A stretch of DNA of 64,000 nt. It comes from Amoebidium appalachense (taxonomy: Eukaryota > Protista > Ichthyosporea). The notes beneath the pieces were generated by a model. The model saw only the letters and a program-made list of their open reading frames with translations. It ran no database searches and had not been told where the DNA came from. Below, one piece after another: positions 26,003 to 62,645 of this stretch; the first letter of the stretch is position 1, and the number at the start of each line of letters is the position of its first letter. The DNA lies in contig CAVNZM010000014.1 in NCBI GenBank assembly GCA_963693365.1, forward strand, positions 434,001 through 498,000, given 5' to 3'. The translations under genes were made by a program, and so were the position numbers.

Positions 26003-26493
26003 TATGGGTATGTGGGGGCCCGGGGGGGGGGGGGGGGGGGGGGTTGAACTCGGGCTGCACGCAGAATTCTGTGGAACGGCCGAAGCACTACCCTGCATCA
26101 AAAAGTCCAACCCCTCTAAATACAGCTCCTCTTTCTTTCTTTCTTTCTTTCTTTCTTTTTCTGCCTTTTTCAAAGTTTTTTCTTGTACATGTGTGCACCA
26201 CTGTGTGCACCGGCACCCGGTTGAAGTACATGGGCCCAGCACCCGGTATGAGTGGCTATTTAGTAATCTACGCCTATTCGATATTTTCGAGTGTTTTCTA
26301 TTTGATGATTGGCTGTATTGATTTTACAACAATCTAAGTGAAGAAATATCACGTTGCTGTTGTAAGCGCTCTGCCCGTTAGCCGTGAATGATCACTTCAT
26401 GCAGACTTCAGAGTCTACCTTCAGAGTGTGGCCATCGTTTTTTGTGGGAGCGCTGTGTGACTACTGTATGTTTTTCGTTGGGAACATCTCACC

Positions 26494-34101
<7,608 letters not shown>

Positions 34102-34188
34102 AAGATTCCATGCATGAATTTTACAAGTGGATAAGGGATCAATGCACACTTATTGATGGGTCCCTCCGATGAAAAGAGCAACACCCTA

Positions 34189-34503
34189 GGTGTCGCATAC
34201 TTCAAATGGTTACACGGATGCCCATGCATATTTGCGTAGCGATGTGTTACTCCCTTAACTATCGGCGTACATTCTGATATGTAGGGAAAATGCTCTACGT
34301 CAGTAAAGGAGATAATGTTGCTATGCATACACATTACCACCAAATCCCACCATTTGCATGTGTATGCATAGCAACATTATCTCTTTTACTGACATAGAGC
34401 ATTTTCCCTACATATCAGAATGTACGCCGATAGTTAAGGGGGTAACTCATCGCTATGCAAATATGCATGGGCACGCGTGTAACCATTTGAAGTATGCGAC
34501 ACC
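34189..34503. mobile_element. Foldback/MITE-like long inverted repeat
   Basis: Arms 34189-34334 and 34358-34503 (146 bp each, 7 mismatches by my count) with a 23-nt loop; no clear TSD. Confidence 0.85.
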
Positions 34504-34721
34504 CGTTATGTTTTTATTAAGTCGTTAAAGGCTGTACGTAGGTTTTTTTGTAGCTGTTAGTCATCGTAGTTGCAATCACCCTCACAAGGATATGTGGGTG
34601 TGTGGGTGTACACACCTGAGATCGATTGTGAGAGTGCCGTGGTAGTTGCAGTCGTGTCATTTGAATGAGTGTGATAGGGTTTCAATCTGAAAAAATGAGA
34701 TTGGGGGTTGATGGTGGTGGT

Positions 34722-34755
<34 letters not shown>

Positions 34756-35624
34756 GGGGGGGGGGGGGGGGGGGGGGATATAAGGGGGTATGGGTGGCCC
34801 AAGTAGGTCCCCCCGGGGATTTGTAATGAAGGTGACTTGAGTGATGTGGTGTAATTTGTCCCTTTCCTGTACTTGTTGGTGGACTATGCATGTGTGCCTT
34901 CATAAAGATGGGGTATCCAGGCAGTTTTGGATGTGAGGCCCATTATTTAGGCTTTAAATTTCCGGCCAGTTTATTTTTTATTTTTAAACATTTATCTTGT
35001 AATTGGTTGCTTCAAGAGTCTAAAGCAATTGAAATTCACTGCAATATTGTTCCCTACTATGTGTTGCTTCGAGAGTAGAAAGTGCAAACTTTGAAAGCAG
35101 CCTTACCTTTAAATAAAAATGACTGAGATCTGATCCACTTCAGACACCATTATTATATATGAATTCTTCGAAGGACCGTCACAATGTATCCCCTCCAACC
35201 CCCCCTCCCCCCCCCCCCCCCCCCCCCCCCCAAACCACCACCACCAAAAAAAAAAAGCCCAAACAGCCAATTGCAATGAATTCGAACAAAGCTCGTCGGG
35301 GCCCACAACCACACCACTGATCATGCACACAGTGCTGATTATTAAAGCCATTTCAAGACCCCACATACTGCCCGGCACATGTGAACCACATGGCATCCAC
35401 TTGCGGCATACGTCGACCCACTTGCACCTACAGTTTCATGTCAAGACTGGATCTAATTTAACTAATGCATAAACTTGATGGGGTAGAATTTCTACATCTG
35501 CATGCACGGCGGCCCATTTTTTCTTTTCTCTGTACGTGTCGTTGCTATATGCACCCGATGTGTCAAGGGCAATATCCATCTCCCCAACTCCCCAACAATT
35601 GGTGGTGCACGTGGTGGTGGAGGT

Positions 35625-35677
<53 letters not shown>

Positions 35678-36129
35678 GGGGGGGGGTTGTTGAATTTAAA
35701 ATTGGCAGCTCACGACACGAGAGAAGAGGCCCTCAAAGACTGCACACCGTGGCATTTATCCATTTTCTTCATTCTGAAGTAGACGTAGTTTTGGACATTC
35801 GATGAATAATATTTCACACAGGAATCACATATGTATCTAGTTGGCTCTGATGTTGGCCCACTTACGCGCCTTGGTGGCTGAGGTATGTGTCGTTGTTTGT
35901 GGGTTTGTCTCTGTAAAAGGCCTTAAAAGGGCTAGGTGTGTGCGCGTGTGTGTGCGCATGTTTGTGCACGTGTGTGTGCGTCTGTGTGTACGTATTTTCA
36001 TGTTCAGTTGTATGTTGTATATGTGTTGCAGCCTAACCCAATATCTAAAACTGCCTGAATTGCGTGAAATTGTGTGTGCGTGCGTTGGCATGTGTGTGCT
36101 CGTTAGAGTACCACACCATGTGCACCATA

Positions 36130-51470
<15,341 letters not shown>

Positions 51471-51754
51471 GATGCAGGTTGTAACAGGTTCAAACACCAA
51501 CAGTGATTTCTAATTGCTACTCGCCAAGTTGAATGCAAGATCATACGTGTCAAAAATCAAGAAAGTGTGACGCTAATAGAAAATGAACGGCTCCGTTATT
51601 ATTGGCCTCAGCAACAATGAAATACCCCTTCGAAACTGCTAGAAAAAAGCTATGCGAGTATACACCTGTCTATATGTGTTTTCTTAGCTCAAGCTGACAT
51701 GTGTGCTTTGACGTTTGTGTGGGCAGGGGAATGATTTTTCGAGGGCCTGGCTCT

Positions 51755-51810
51755 CTCTCGCGCAATTTGATTGGTCAATTTTCCCGCCAACCACCTTGTT
51801 TCCTATTGGA
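51755..51810. promoter_or_regulatory. Putative Ku70 promoter with an E2F site (TTTTCCCGCC, 51779-51788) flanked by two CCAAT boxes
   Basis: tctcgcgcaatttgattggtcaattttcccgccaacc...cctattgga, about 310 bp upstream of the Ku70 ATG; motif match only. Confidence 0.5.
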
Positions 51811-52556
51811 TTATTGAAAGAGGGGGGGCAAACAGAAGATATGGAACCAGTAAAAACTGTCCCTACCCACGTACAACCCAGGGTCACTTTTATTTGCTGA
51901 ACAGCCACGCTATCACTTCGTTCAAGACCGAACTCGCCTGACTGATTTTAAAAAGCACTCTTACACGGCATCAGCAGTGCCTCTTCATATTGAAGGCACT
52001 GTTTTGACTTGTTTTGGCTGCTTTGGGTGCCTTCTGAAAGATTTCAAAAAGCAAAGACTGCACAGAGACCCGATGATATCAATCATGAATTCACCCCTTG
52101 AAGATCACGCTGTGTGTTCATGAGCTCTTATGCACGTGGCACTGCAGGCTGATGTCCCGGGCCTCAGGCAGTACGAGGCAACCTGTGTGTTTTTGACGTT
52201 CGCACATGTACGTATACGTAGAACTGGTTCTGTGTGAGTTGTAAGCTCGAGTCTCAATCATGACTTGGGTACTACCAGCTGCATGTGCTGTTAACGTTGC
52301 ACTTGCAATTGATTGTGGTTGCATAATTTTGACTGTGTGTACATAAATGAGACCTTCGAGTTGTTGTGTATGTGTGCACATACGTTGTACCCAATAATGA
52401 GTGCACGTACGTGCGTGCAGTGCGGCTGGAGACATATGCCGGCAGCTGCAAAGACCTATTGATCAATATTATTATGTACACGAGATCATGTAAACGTTTC
52501 ATGTGTGAGTCACGGTACCACCGTGAATTATATCGTATATTAATCAGATAACATAT

Positions 52557-52608
<52 letters not shown>

Positions 52609-53497
52609 ATTTATGTATGTATCCAGTGTAACTGTATGTACATGTTCTAGCCTAGAATTATTTTTTCAACATTCTTTCTCAAGTGGCCATGCATGGGTGT
52701 GTCAATACTGACGATAAGGCGCATCATTTGCCTAACATGTACAGACAGTGCATAGCTATAGTTGTATTAATAGTGCTAGTTGCAGTGTTTGGTAGTCGAC
52801 AATGCTGACGTCCGCGTATGTGCACGTGCTGCAGTTCACTTGCCACCCTAAATGTTTTCCCGGGATTCTTGCTAAGTGGCTACACATCGGTACATATGCT
52901 CACTCGCATGCACACATCACCCTCAAGCTTGGAAGCTGTTGGTCATATCATATAGTAGTACTAGTTCCGACAGTGTACAATCGCAAGGCCCCCGAAATAG
53001 TGTGCTATTTAGGAGCCTTGAGAAAGGCGCAAAGGGGGCATTCGTCGAGCGTTTGTGGAGCTCGAGACGGCGCCAGCCTGAATTCGGACTGTACTGAGCA
53101 GGAGTAGTGCATACGTAGAGCCATGGATTGTAGTGTACACATACATCATGTACAATGTCATGCAGATGAGCAGATGCATGCGGGCCGCGAGTGAGCTACT
53201 TTAAGGAGTACCAGAATAACCATGCCACTGGGTTTTAGCTGCTATTTGCATATATTGACACTGACAATCTACAGCCCTACACTGCTCGCAAACATTCCAT
53301 TCAATGAAACGTAGTCTGACAAACCGGTCCGTGCCACGGTCACCGCCGTGATGGGAAAATTCAGGTCCAAACGGCTCACAAAAAGCATTTACCCACCTCT
53401 GATATCAAAATGTCTTACAAGGTAGCGGGACATGCAACGAATCGGAGTTTACTATATTTTACATTGTGCGGCGCTTTGTGACAGAATTTTAGAACTC

Positions 53498-53590
53498 ACC
53501 AATCGGAAATGAAAGAGTGGGCTACACTGTTGCCCCCCCATCCCTTGGACTCAAAGACGGCGGCCCCTCGGAAGGCCCGTATAAAGGGCG
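53498..53590 (+). promoter_or_regulatory. CCAAT plus TATA-like promoter of the Spt23/Mga2-like gene, followed by a non-coding first exon
   Basis: accaatc at ~53498, tataaagg at 53580, donor gaag|gtaaac at ~53654, and acceptor cacag|ccaccATG. Confidence 0.45.
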
Positions 53591-53834
53591 CCCCTACTCT
53601 TGGACTCTCTCAGTGTGGTATATTCTGTGTGTGCTCGCCTTCCTGCCCTGAAGGTAAACACCCCCTTAACATGTCCCTTCGTTATTTGCTCTTCGATCTT
53701 TTCTCATGTGCCGTAGAAAGCTCAACCTTTCGTCTTTTCTTGCACCACCATCACATGCCTGCCAAGTTAAGGCTCATCCTCACAGATCTTCTCGTGTTGC
53801 CCTTCATCCCCTCACCCCCACCCCCACAGCCACC

Positions 53835-54887
53835 ATGTCCACCTCTCCTACAACATCACCGGAGGCCTCAGGGCGCTATGTTCTCCCTACAGTTGAGCCC
53901 CTACCTGCCCTCTACCCTCTGCTGATGGCAGGCACAGAGCCACAAACACAACCACGTGCACGTAGAGCTTCCATGGGCAGTTATGGGCGCCGCAGCAGCA
54001 TGGTCGGTGAGTGTGTGAAAGAAATAGATACGGTTATGGTGGAGTTATAAGAAGTTATTTTTACTGTGTGCAACAACGTGAAATCGTTATGAAGATGTGA
54101 TGGTGATCATTGCGGATGGTGAGAACATGGGAGTGGGGATGCGTGCATGGTTCTTGCGATCTGTCAGTGGCAGAAAGAGGCGCTTACTCGGAGCGTCACC
54201 TCGGAGAACCAACACGGAGTTGTTGTGAAAGAGCGCACCGCTCTTTTATTTGGGTATTGTAAAATACAAGTGCACCTAGAAGCCCATATAAATTGCAAAA
54301 GTGCTGCAAACAGTGGCCCGGGATCTATTGTGCAACTGACGGAGATGATGGCTGAGAGATCTAAAACACTTGCGATCCGTTTTGAAAATTCCAAACAAAA
54401 AAGACGCACATTGCATATCAGCAAATTAACACCTTTTTCTAGTGTCACTCGTGTGTGCACTGTCTTTGCACTCTTTATTGTCTACAGCCATGTGGCTAAC
54501 TTCTCATTTTCCGGGTTCCTCCCTTTCCCCTGTCCCCCTCCCCCTCCCCCCCCCCCCCCCCCCCCCCTCCCCCCCCCCCCCCCCCCCCCCCCCCCCTTCC
54601 CCCCCCTCCCCCCCCCCCCCCCCCAAAAAAAAAAAAAAAAGAAATCAACTAGGGCACAGGCTACGCACGCACACACACATGCACGCGCGCATACACGCAT
54701 GCGTGCATACACGCACGCACACGCACGCACGCACACACATACACACACACAACCAATTTGAAACCAGCCGAGAACCTCAGCCACCTACTTCCCATGCGGC
54801 AAATATCTGAGCCTTATGCCCGGCCTCTGTCTGCTGGCCACCTCACACGACACATCTCCTTCGACTCAGAGGTGTGTGCCTCCTCTA

Positions 54888-54918
<31 letters not shown>

Positions 54919-55852
54919 ACACACCGCCCCCTCCCTTCCCTTTCCCCCCTCCCCCCACCACACCCCTATCCCTTCCACAGCACAACACACACACCAAAAA
55001 CACCCACGCACAAACACACATGACTGACCCTACGCCACCTCCCGGACATTATCATCACTACCACCGACCCACCCAGACACCTTAGAAGGTTAAGAAAACC
55101 GAGCAAGAGTATCTCTGCACGGGCAGTGGTAGGGGGTGAAGGGGCGAGGAGGATGTGCACACGTAGTCTTTATAAACTCCCCGTGCACATCATCTTTCTT
55201 TGGGCTTGTTTGTTACTTTTTTTTTTTTGTTTTTGTTTTTGTGCTAGGCTAAGAGGTCCATGTGCGCTTTAGGAAAACGGAGGGGGGGAGGGAGGGAGGG
55301 GGGGGGGGGGGGAGGGGGGGGGGGGAAGAGGTATAGTAATCTAGTTCATACCATCACATAGTTACCCTACCCCTCCCCTCAGCCCCTCAGCAACGAGCTC
55401 CTTACCCTCCTTGAGTCCACCAACCCCCCACCCACCTTCGAGCCTTTGCCTCCCCTCGACCTGAACCTGCTGCCAGTTATGGGCAGCCCACCCTCTCCAC
55501 CGTAAGTAGACCCGGGAACATAAAGGCCTCAGTTTTTGTTTGGAAGCAAAACACAAAGGTGTTAATGTTAGAGGACAGAGGGGAGGGAGGGGGGAGGGGC
55601 GGGGGGAGGGGGAGGGGGGAAGGGGGGAAGGGGGGAGGGGGGAGGGGGGATGAGTGGAGTTGATGTTAGAGATGCATGAATCTGGCCAAAACTAAAAATG
55701 CACCTAGTGGCTCCTATTGTGCTCCTCTCTTTTTTCTCTCTTTCCATGGTTTTACATATCCATGGTTCTACATTAACCACTTGAAAGTTAATTAAGGCTA
55801 CTCCTCCCCCCTGACCCCATCCCCCCCCCGAATATATATTTATATTATATAT

Positions 55853-55909
<57 letters not shown>

Positions 55910-56641
55910 GGGAAAGCGGAGAAAGACCAGCTTGCAAGCTTACACCCCTGATGAACTCAACCCCCCCACCCCTCTCTTCCCTCCTTCACACACACGCACA
56001 CACACAGTCTCGAGGTGCGTGTGCTTGGGCTTGGTGGTGGTGGAGGCAGTAGTCGTGTGGAGACACAGATCAAAGTGTGCCTGCAGCTATTGGGCCCAAG
56101 TCATGCACTGCAGAGGTGGACACACGTGATTCTGCCCCCACAGAACATAGTGCCTACACACTGGGCATCACCCACTGCAGTCAGAAAGTATGTATCAACC
56201 ACCCTCCCTTTACTTCCCTCGCTCATTCACTTTCTCTCTGTGGGGTGTCCCCCCCTCCACCCTCCCCCCCCCCCCCCCCCCCCCCTTCCCCCCCCCCCCT
56301 CCCCCCTCCCCCCAGCCCCCTCCCCCCTCCGGTGTTCGCGCGCACACAAGCACACACACAAACACCTAACCTCAACAAAAGCTGCCCTCCGTACTCCATC
56401 GATACATTCCTCCTTCCACCAATAGTCGTTCCAACCCCATCCCCCCCCCCCTCCCCTCCCCCCTCCTTCCTTCCCCCTGCCCTCTTCTCCCAGCACTTTT
56501 CTATCACATATTTTTCCTTCTAAACACTAATCACTAAACCCTCCCCCACCCTCCCCCCCAACACTCAGACAACACAAACCCACGCACCCACACACACCCA
56601 CACTTACATCCCCATTTCCCCCCTCTTCCTCCCCCCCCCCC

Positions 56642-56672
<31 letters not shown>

Positions 56673-57657
56673 ACAGACACACACAGACACACACAGACAC
56701 ACACACACACACACACACAGACAGACACACACACACACAGACACACACACACAGACACAGACACACACACACACACGCACGCACGCACACGCACGCACAC
56801 ACACGCACACACACGCACACCACGCACACACACACACACGCACACACACGCACACACACACACGCACACACGCACACACACACACGCACACACGCACACA
56901 CACACACGCACACACGCACACACGCACACACACACAGGCACCAGGACAAGGTGGATCAGGTGCGTGCCAGTGCCCTCTTTCTGCAGGCCATCGTCTACTG
57001 TGCCTCTACCCCCGGCAGGCCGGTGGGTGGGAGTGGCATGTTTTTTAATATCTTTACGCTCTTGAGGGGGTGAAGATGAGGACGCTAGTGATCTACACTC
57101 ATGAGCTTCTCTTGCTCCTATTTTACACCAAGCAAACGAGTTCTCTCCTTCAACCCACCGCCTACCTTCCCTCCTCAAACCCCCTTTCCCCACCACGGCC
57201 GCCCTCCCCTCTCTTGAAACAACCACAACCTGCCATGCACGAACACTCACCCTCTCTTCCCCATACACATCGCCCCACATCCCCAGGTACACATCCTGTC
57301 TAACACCACCTTCCATATTAGGCGACGGCATGCAACAGCTGTGTTCTCCGCGAGCGCAAGCGCCTTCAGCGATTGGCCCGCATGGCACCAGCCTCGACCA
57401 ATCAGACCGAGGATGGGCCTGCACCCACCGACAGTGAGAGACAGCGCATAGTGACCTTCACCAGTCGGCCCGTGCTGGGCCTTGCGGGGGGCAATGTGAT
57501 TGTTAGCCTGCGGCTCACATGCTACTCACGCCACCACGATGAAAACGAGGGATTCAGGTATGAAAATTCGGCTTTTTTGTATTCTGGGCTGCACCCCTTC
57601 CCCCCCCTCTCCCCCAAGCCACCCTCAACAAAGAACACACACACACATATATACACA

Positions 57658-57730
<73 letters not shown>

Positions 57731-58760
57731 GCGCGCGCTATTTCTCTTTTGCTCTTCACTTGCCACTATGATCCTTTGCCATCTCCCTCCCCCCAAACCA
57801 CTCACTCCTCCCTTTCAGCTCACTTTCTGCTTCCCCCCCCCCCCTCCCCCCCCCCCCCCAAAAAAAAAAAAAAAAAATAGAAAACCTACCCCCCGTGTGC
57901 CCACCATCTCCTCTTCTAACCCCCCCCCCCCCCCCCCCTCCCCCCCCCCTCCCCCCCCCCTCCCCCCCAGGATCAAGTTTCGGCTTGCCGACAGCCACGA
58001 CAACACGGTGGCCGAAGTCTTGACCCCTCCCGTCCTCGTCACTGGTAACCAAACCCCCCTCCCCCCCCCCCCCCCCCCCTCCCCCCCCATCCCCCCCCCC
58101 CCCCCCCCCCCCCGCCCCTCCGGGGTCACCCGGGGTCTAAGCATCCCGAGAGTCCCCCCCCCCATCCCTGCAAGCCACTGGGAAGGCATTTGCATAACAG
58201 TTTCGTTAGCGAAAAGAAGCAACACACACAACACCCAAGTATTCCCCTCTTTCTCCACCCACCCCTTATCCCTACACATAAAACCGCCATTTTGTCTTAC
58301 CACCCCCCCCCCCCCCCCGGCCCCGCCGCCAGCCCCCCATTTTGCCACCACACATACACTCATACCAACATCCCACTAAACCTTTCTTTCCACCAATCAG
58401 ATCAGGCTACGAGTCCCCGCAAACCCTCCAGCCGTCGATCTAGCATCCAATCAGAGATGGCATCCCCCCCGACCACCTCCCCACCCCCTACACCTGCCAC
58501 CACTGCCAGCATGAGCTCCGAGTCAGCCGCCATCATACTAGACCAGGTAACCCATCCCCTCACCCTCCTTCCCCTTCCCCCCCCCCCCCCCCCCTCCCCC
58601 TCCCCTTCTCTCTCCTCCCCCCTCTCCCCCTCCAACCCCCCTTAACCTGGCAGCACTCTTTTGTTGTTCCTACTTTCCCCTCCCCCCTTCCCACACGGGT
58701 ACCGGTCCCATTTGCTTCCCTTTTCCTGCTCCTTTCTTTTTTCTCTCGCCCTTCTCTCTC

Positions 58761-58791
<31 letters not shown>

Positions 58792-59496
58792 CCCCCTCCC
58801 CCCCCCCCCCCCTACCCCCTCACCCACCCACCCACCCACCCACCCAAGAATCAATGAAATACATGCAAATATTGGCACACGATGTTCCACACATACACCC
58901 CTCCTCCCCTCTCTCCCCTTACCCCTTTCCCTCACACACACTCCCGGCTCCCTCCTACCACCACTCACTTCCCCCCCTCACCGTTCCACCTTCCCCGTGG
59001 AGAGGCCTCGTTAAAAACAAGTAAGTGGCAGTGAAGAAAGGGGGCAAGAACAAACAAAATGGAAGAGAGCACACAGGCTGTAGCACTGACAATCCCCCCC
59101 CCTTCCCACCCCCCCAGGTTCTGCCCGAGGGTGCAACCCCCGGCACGAGCTGTCTGGTCTTGGGCAGTGGCTTCGAAGGTACCAGCCCAGAGCCCCCCTC
59201 CCCCCCCCCCCCCCCCCCCCCCTCCACGCCACCACCACCACCACCACCACCCCAACTTACACCCCCTTACCCAATGCATTCGTATACCGTAAACCCCCCC
59301 CCCCCCCCCCTTCCCCTGCCCCCCCGGCCGCCACCAACCCCACCACCACCACGAGCTTGTCTCGCATTAAATTACGTCAGCTCTAGGGGCCCCTTGCCCC
59401 CTCTTTCATTCCCTCTATCCCCATCTCCACTAGCTATCTCATTCCACCCAGCTATTTCGAGTGGATGAAAGTGAAGCTATCTATAAATAGTTTTTT

Positions 59497-59527
<31 letters not shown>

Positions 59528-59529
59528 GA

Positions 59530-59562
<33 letters not shown>

Positions 59563-60103
59563 AGAGTATGACACAAGACATTCATACGCTACATCAACCC
59601 TCTACCTAGGTGTGTATCCTCTCCCCCTCACCCCCCCCCCCCCCCCCCCCCCCCCGCCACAACCAACCTCCTCCCCTCACCCCCTCTGTGTCGACAACCC
59701 AACACACTGTGCACGAGCAGAGGGGGACCACATCTACATGGGGGGCACCCAGGTACCGGCCACACATCTAGGCCCTTCCATGCTCTCCTTCACCGTGCCC
59801 CTCCTTGGCCCTGGCCCAGCCCTCCTGACGGTGCTGCGGCCAAAGTGTCCCTCCACGGCTTCAAATAGCCTTGTGTTTGTCATCGACCCGTCATCCCGTG
59901 AGTATACCCTTGCATTCACCCCCCCCCCCCCCCCCCCGCCCCCCCTCCCCCTCTCCCCCCCCCCCCCCCCCAAAAAAAGGGGGGGGGGGGGGGAGAGAGA
60001 GAGAGGGAGAAAGAGAGGGGGAGAGAGAGAGAGAAAAGGGGGGGGGGGGGGGGGGGAGGAGAGAGAGAGAGGGAGAAAGAGAGGGGGGAGAGAGAGAGAG
60101 AAA

Positions 60104-60137
<34 letters not shown>

Positions 60138-60659
60138 AAAAATGAGAGAGAGGGAGAGAGAGAGTGTGAGAAACGAAGGGTCACCTCCCCACATATGACT
60201 ACCGCACGTGTGCACACACACATATATACACATAAAGACTGATTCTTCCCTTCAAGATCACAATTCGTGTCGTGCAGATAGCCATCTTTGAGACAGACTT
60301 GCCAGTGCCATCCCCCCCCCCCCCCCCCCCCCCTTCCCTCCCTCCTTCCAACCCCCCACCCACCCACCCACCCACCCACCCACCCACACCCATCCACCCA
60401 TCCACACACCCTTCCCCGGGATATCCCCGAAAGTAAAAGAGCTGTGGAAGTCACTGCCCATAGAGTGATTTCATTCGTCCAAGTCCCTAACACGTGTTTT
60501 CTTTTCCCACACTCCTAACACGTGTTTCTTTTTTCTTTATCAGGGCGCAACAGTGCCCCCCTCCCCACCGACCCAATGGATCTGTCCATGCCGGCACTGG
60601 ACCCCACGTGGGTGGCTGCCACCCTGGCACCCCTCCTGGACGCCCTTACGGCCACGTGA
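53835..60659 (+). CDS. Spt23/Mga2-like transcription factor (DNA-binding domain + IPT/TIG), ~489 aa, 11 exons, no ankyrin repeats or TM anchor
   Basis: Exons 53835-54006, 54768-54871, 55383-55501, 56008-56187, 56938-57022, 57322-57557, 57971-58044, 58401-58546, 59118-59178, 59721-59897, 60544-60659. Spt23/Mga2 hallmarks: [69 protein letters not shown]: [19 protein letters not shown]. Confidence 0.85.
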
Positions 60660-61345
60660 TTTTAAAATTTAAAGTAGGATGGTCGGATTGGTGGAATTGT
60701 GGAATGACGTTTTATCCTTTTTATCCCTTTTATTTTTCTTCCTGCGTGGATTTTGCGTTGAACGACGGTTTGTGACTGTGTTTTTGTGTGTGTTCTATTG
60801 TCATACGTGATGTGTGAGGGGTGGTGTGTACATCTGTTCCTGTGGTTCGGTATGATGGCTCTAGGATGTAGATTTTCTTTAACGCGTTTTGTTGGACTTT
60901 TAAAATATTTATCACTGTTTTAAGTGGATGAACCTTTTGAACGCACCACATGGTCAACGTTGCAGCGCGCATGCAACACAGAGCGCTAGCTAGCAACTAA
61001 CGAGATATCTTATTTAAATACGTACCCGAACTTTGCAATAGATATATTGTGATATACGTACTTGAAAATTCGATACCGTCTCAGTGCGCATACCTGTTTT
61101 ATGCACACGTTTACACACGACCGTATGTCTAATGTCACGAAATTACTTGAAGTTTAAAATTTAGCATGCAAATTGTAGAGCAACTTAGGAAGTTAGGCCG
61201 CACCCTATGCGCCCACCGATCACTCAAGGGAGTGTCTTTAACGTCACATTTATCCTACCTGTCTTACCGAAATCGATCGATTGCTTATGTAAATAGACGA
61301 AATCCCATATGAACACCGTAACACAAAAGTTCCAGGAATGACACA

Positions 61346-61384
<39 letters not shown>

Positions 61385-61419
61385 ACGCTCCAAAAAAAAG
61401 ACTTTGAAACAAAAAAAAA

Positions 61420-61453
<34 letters not shown>

Positions 61454-61591
61454 TGTGATCCACCGTAAGTCTGTCTGCCTATAAACAAAAGGTCCGATAA
61501 TGTCCGACATTCCCCTACTCCCCTCCTCCCCGCGCTCCAAAAAAAAAACTTCCAAAAACAAAAAAAAATGGGGTTGGGGGGAGGGGGGGAA

Positions 61592-61637
<46 letters not shown>

Positions 61638-61734
61638 CTCTGCCTGTGTGCGTGAGCTGCCGTCCATGAGCTGGGCAGGGCATTGTGGTTTCTTCTCTGT
61701 GTGCAATTAACTGGAATACGAGGTGTGTGTGTGT

Positions 61735-61784
<50 letters not shown>

Positions 61785-62072
61785 ATGTGCGTGTGCGTGC
61801 GTGTACCTGCATGTGTGTACTTGTGTGGGTGGGTGGGTGGCGGCTGGATGGTTGGTGTGTGTGTGTGTGTGTGGATGTTGGGGGGGATCCGGAGGGAGTG
61901 GGCAAGGGGGGGATAGACCGAACTGACCACATATCTACCCCGTGGAGGGTTTTTAACGGCTACCGAATAAATGAGTAATGTCCAGCGAGTATTTGCGCTA
62001 TGAAGGAAATTCAAAGAGGGTGCAAAGATTCGTATTGGGGGAGATGTGTGTAGATGTGTGCGTGTATGTGCC

Positions 62073-62134
<62 letters not shown>

Positions 62135-62192
62135 TGTGAGTGTGTGTGTGTGTGTGTTTTGTGTGTGTGTGTGTGTGACACTGTTTGTGTGT

Positions 62193-62239
<47 letters not shown>

Positions 62240-62312
62240 CGCGTTTTAACAGCGGTAAATTTCCGTATCTCATAATATATCCCTCTACACACACGCACAC
62301 ACAAACGCGTGC

Positions 62313-62391
<79 letters not shown>

Positions 62392-62614
62392 CACACACAC
62401 ACACATACACACACACACCTCTGGGGTAGTTGAGGGCCAGTATGCCCCGCCTGCGCACCCTCCCTCCCACTTCACCCCTTCCCCTTCCCCTTCCCCCCCC
62501 CCTTCCCCTCCCGGAGGTTTTATACTGGGGTGGGGCGTGTTGGTAGTTTTTCTGTTGAAGGCATGCACCACGCGTGCACGCATGCACACACATTATGTAT
62601 AATTCACACACACA

Positions 62615-62645
<31 letters not shown>

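Noticed and set aside
52118-53107. Intergenic ORFs between Ku70 and the Spt23/Mga2-like gene
   Set aside because: No recognisable homology or exon structure.
56938-56959. 22-nt micro-exon ending GATCAG|gtgcgt in the Spt23/Mga2-like gene
   Set aside because: Reading through to 57022 restores the conserved [11 protein letters not shown] segment in the same phase, so the longer exon is preferred.
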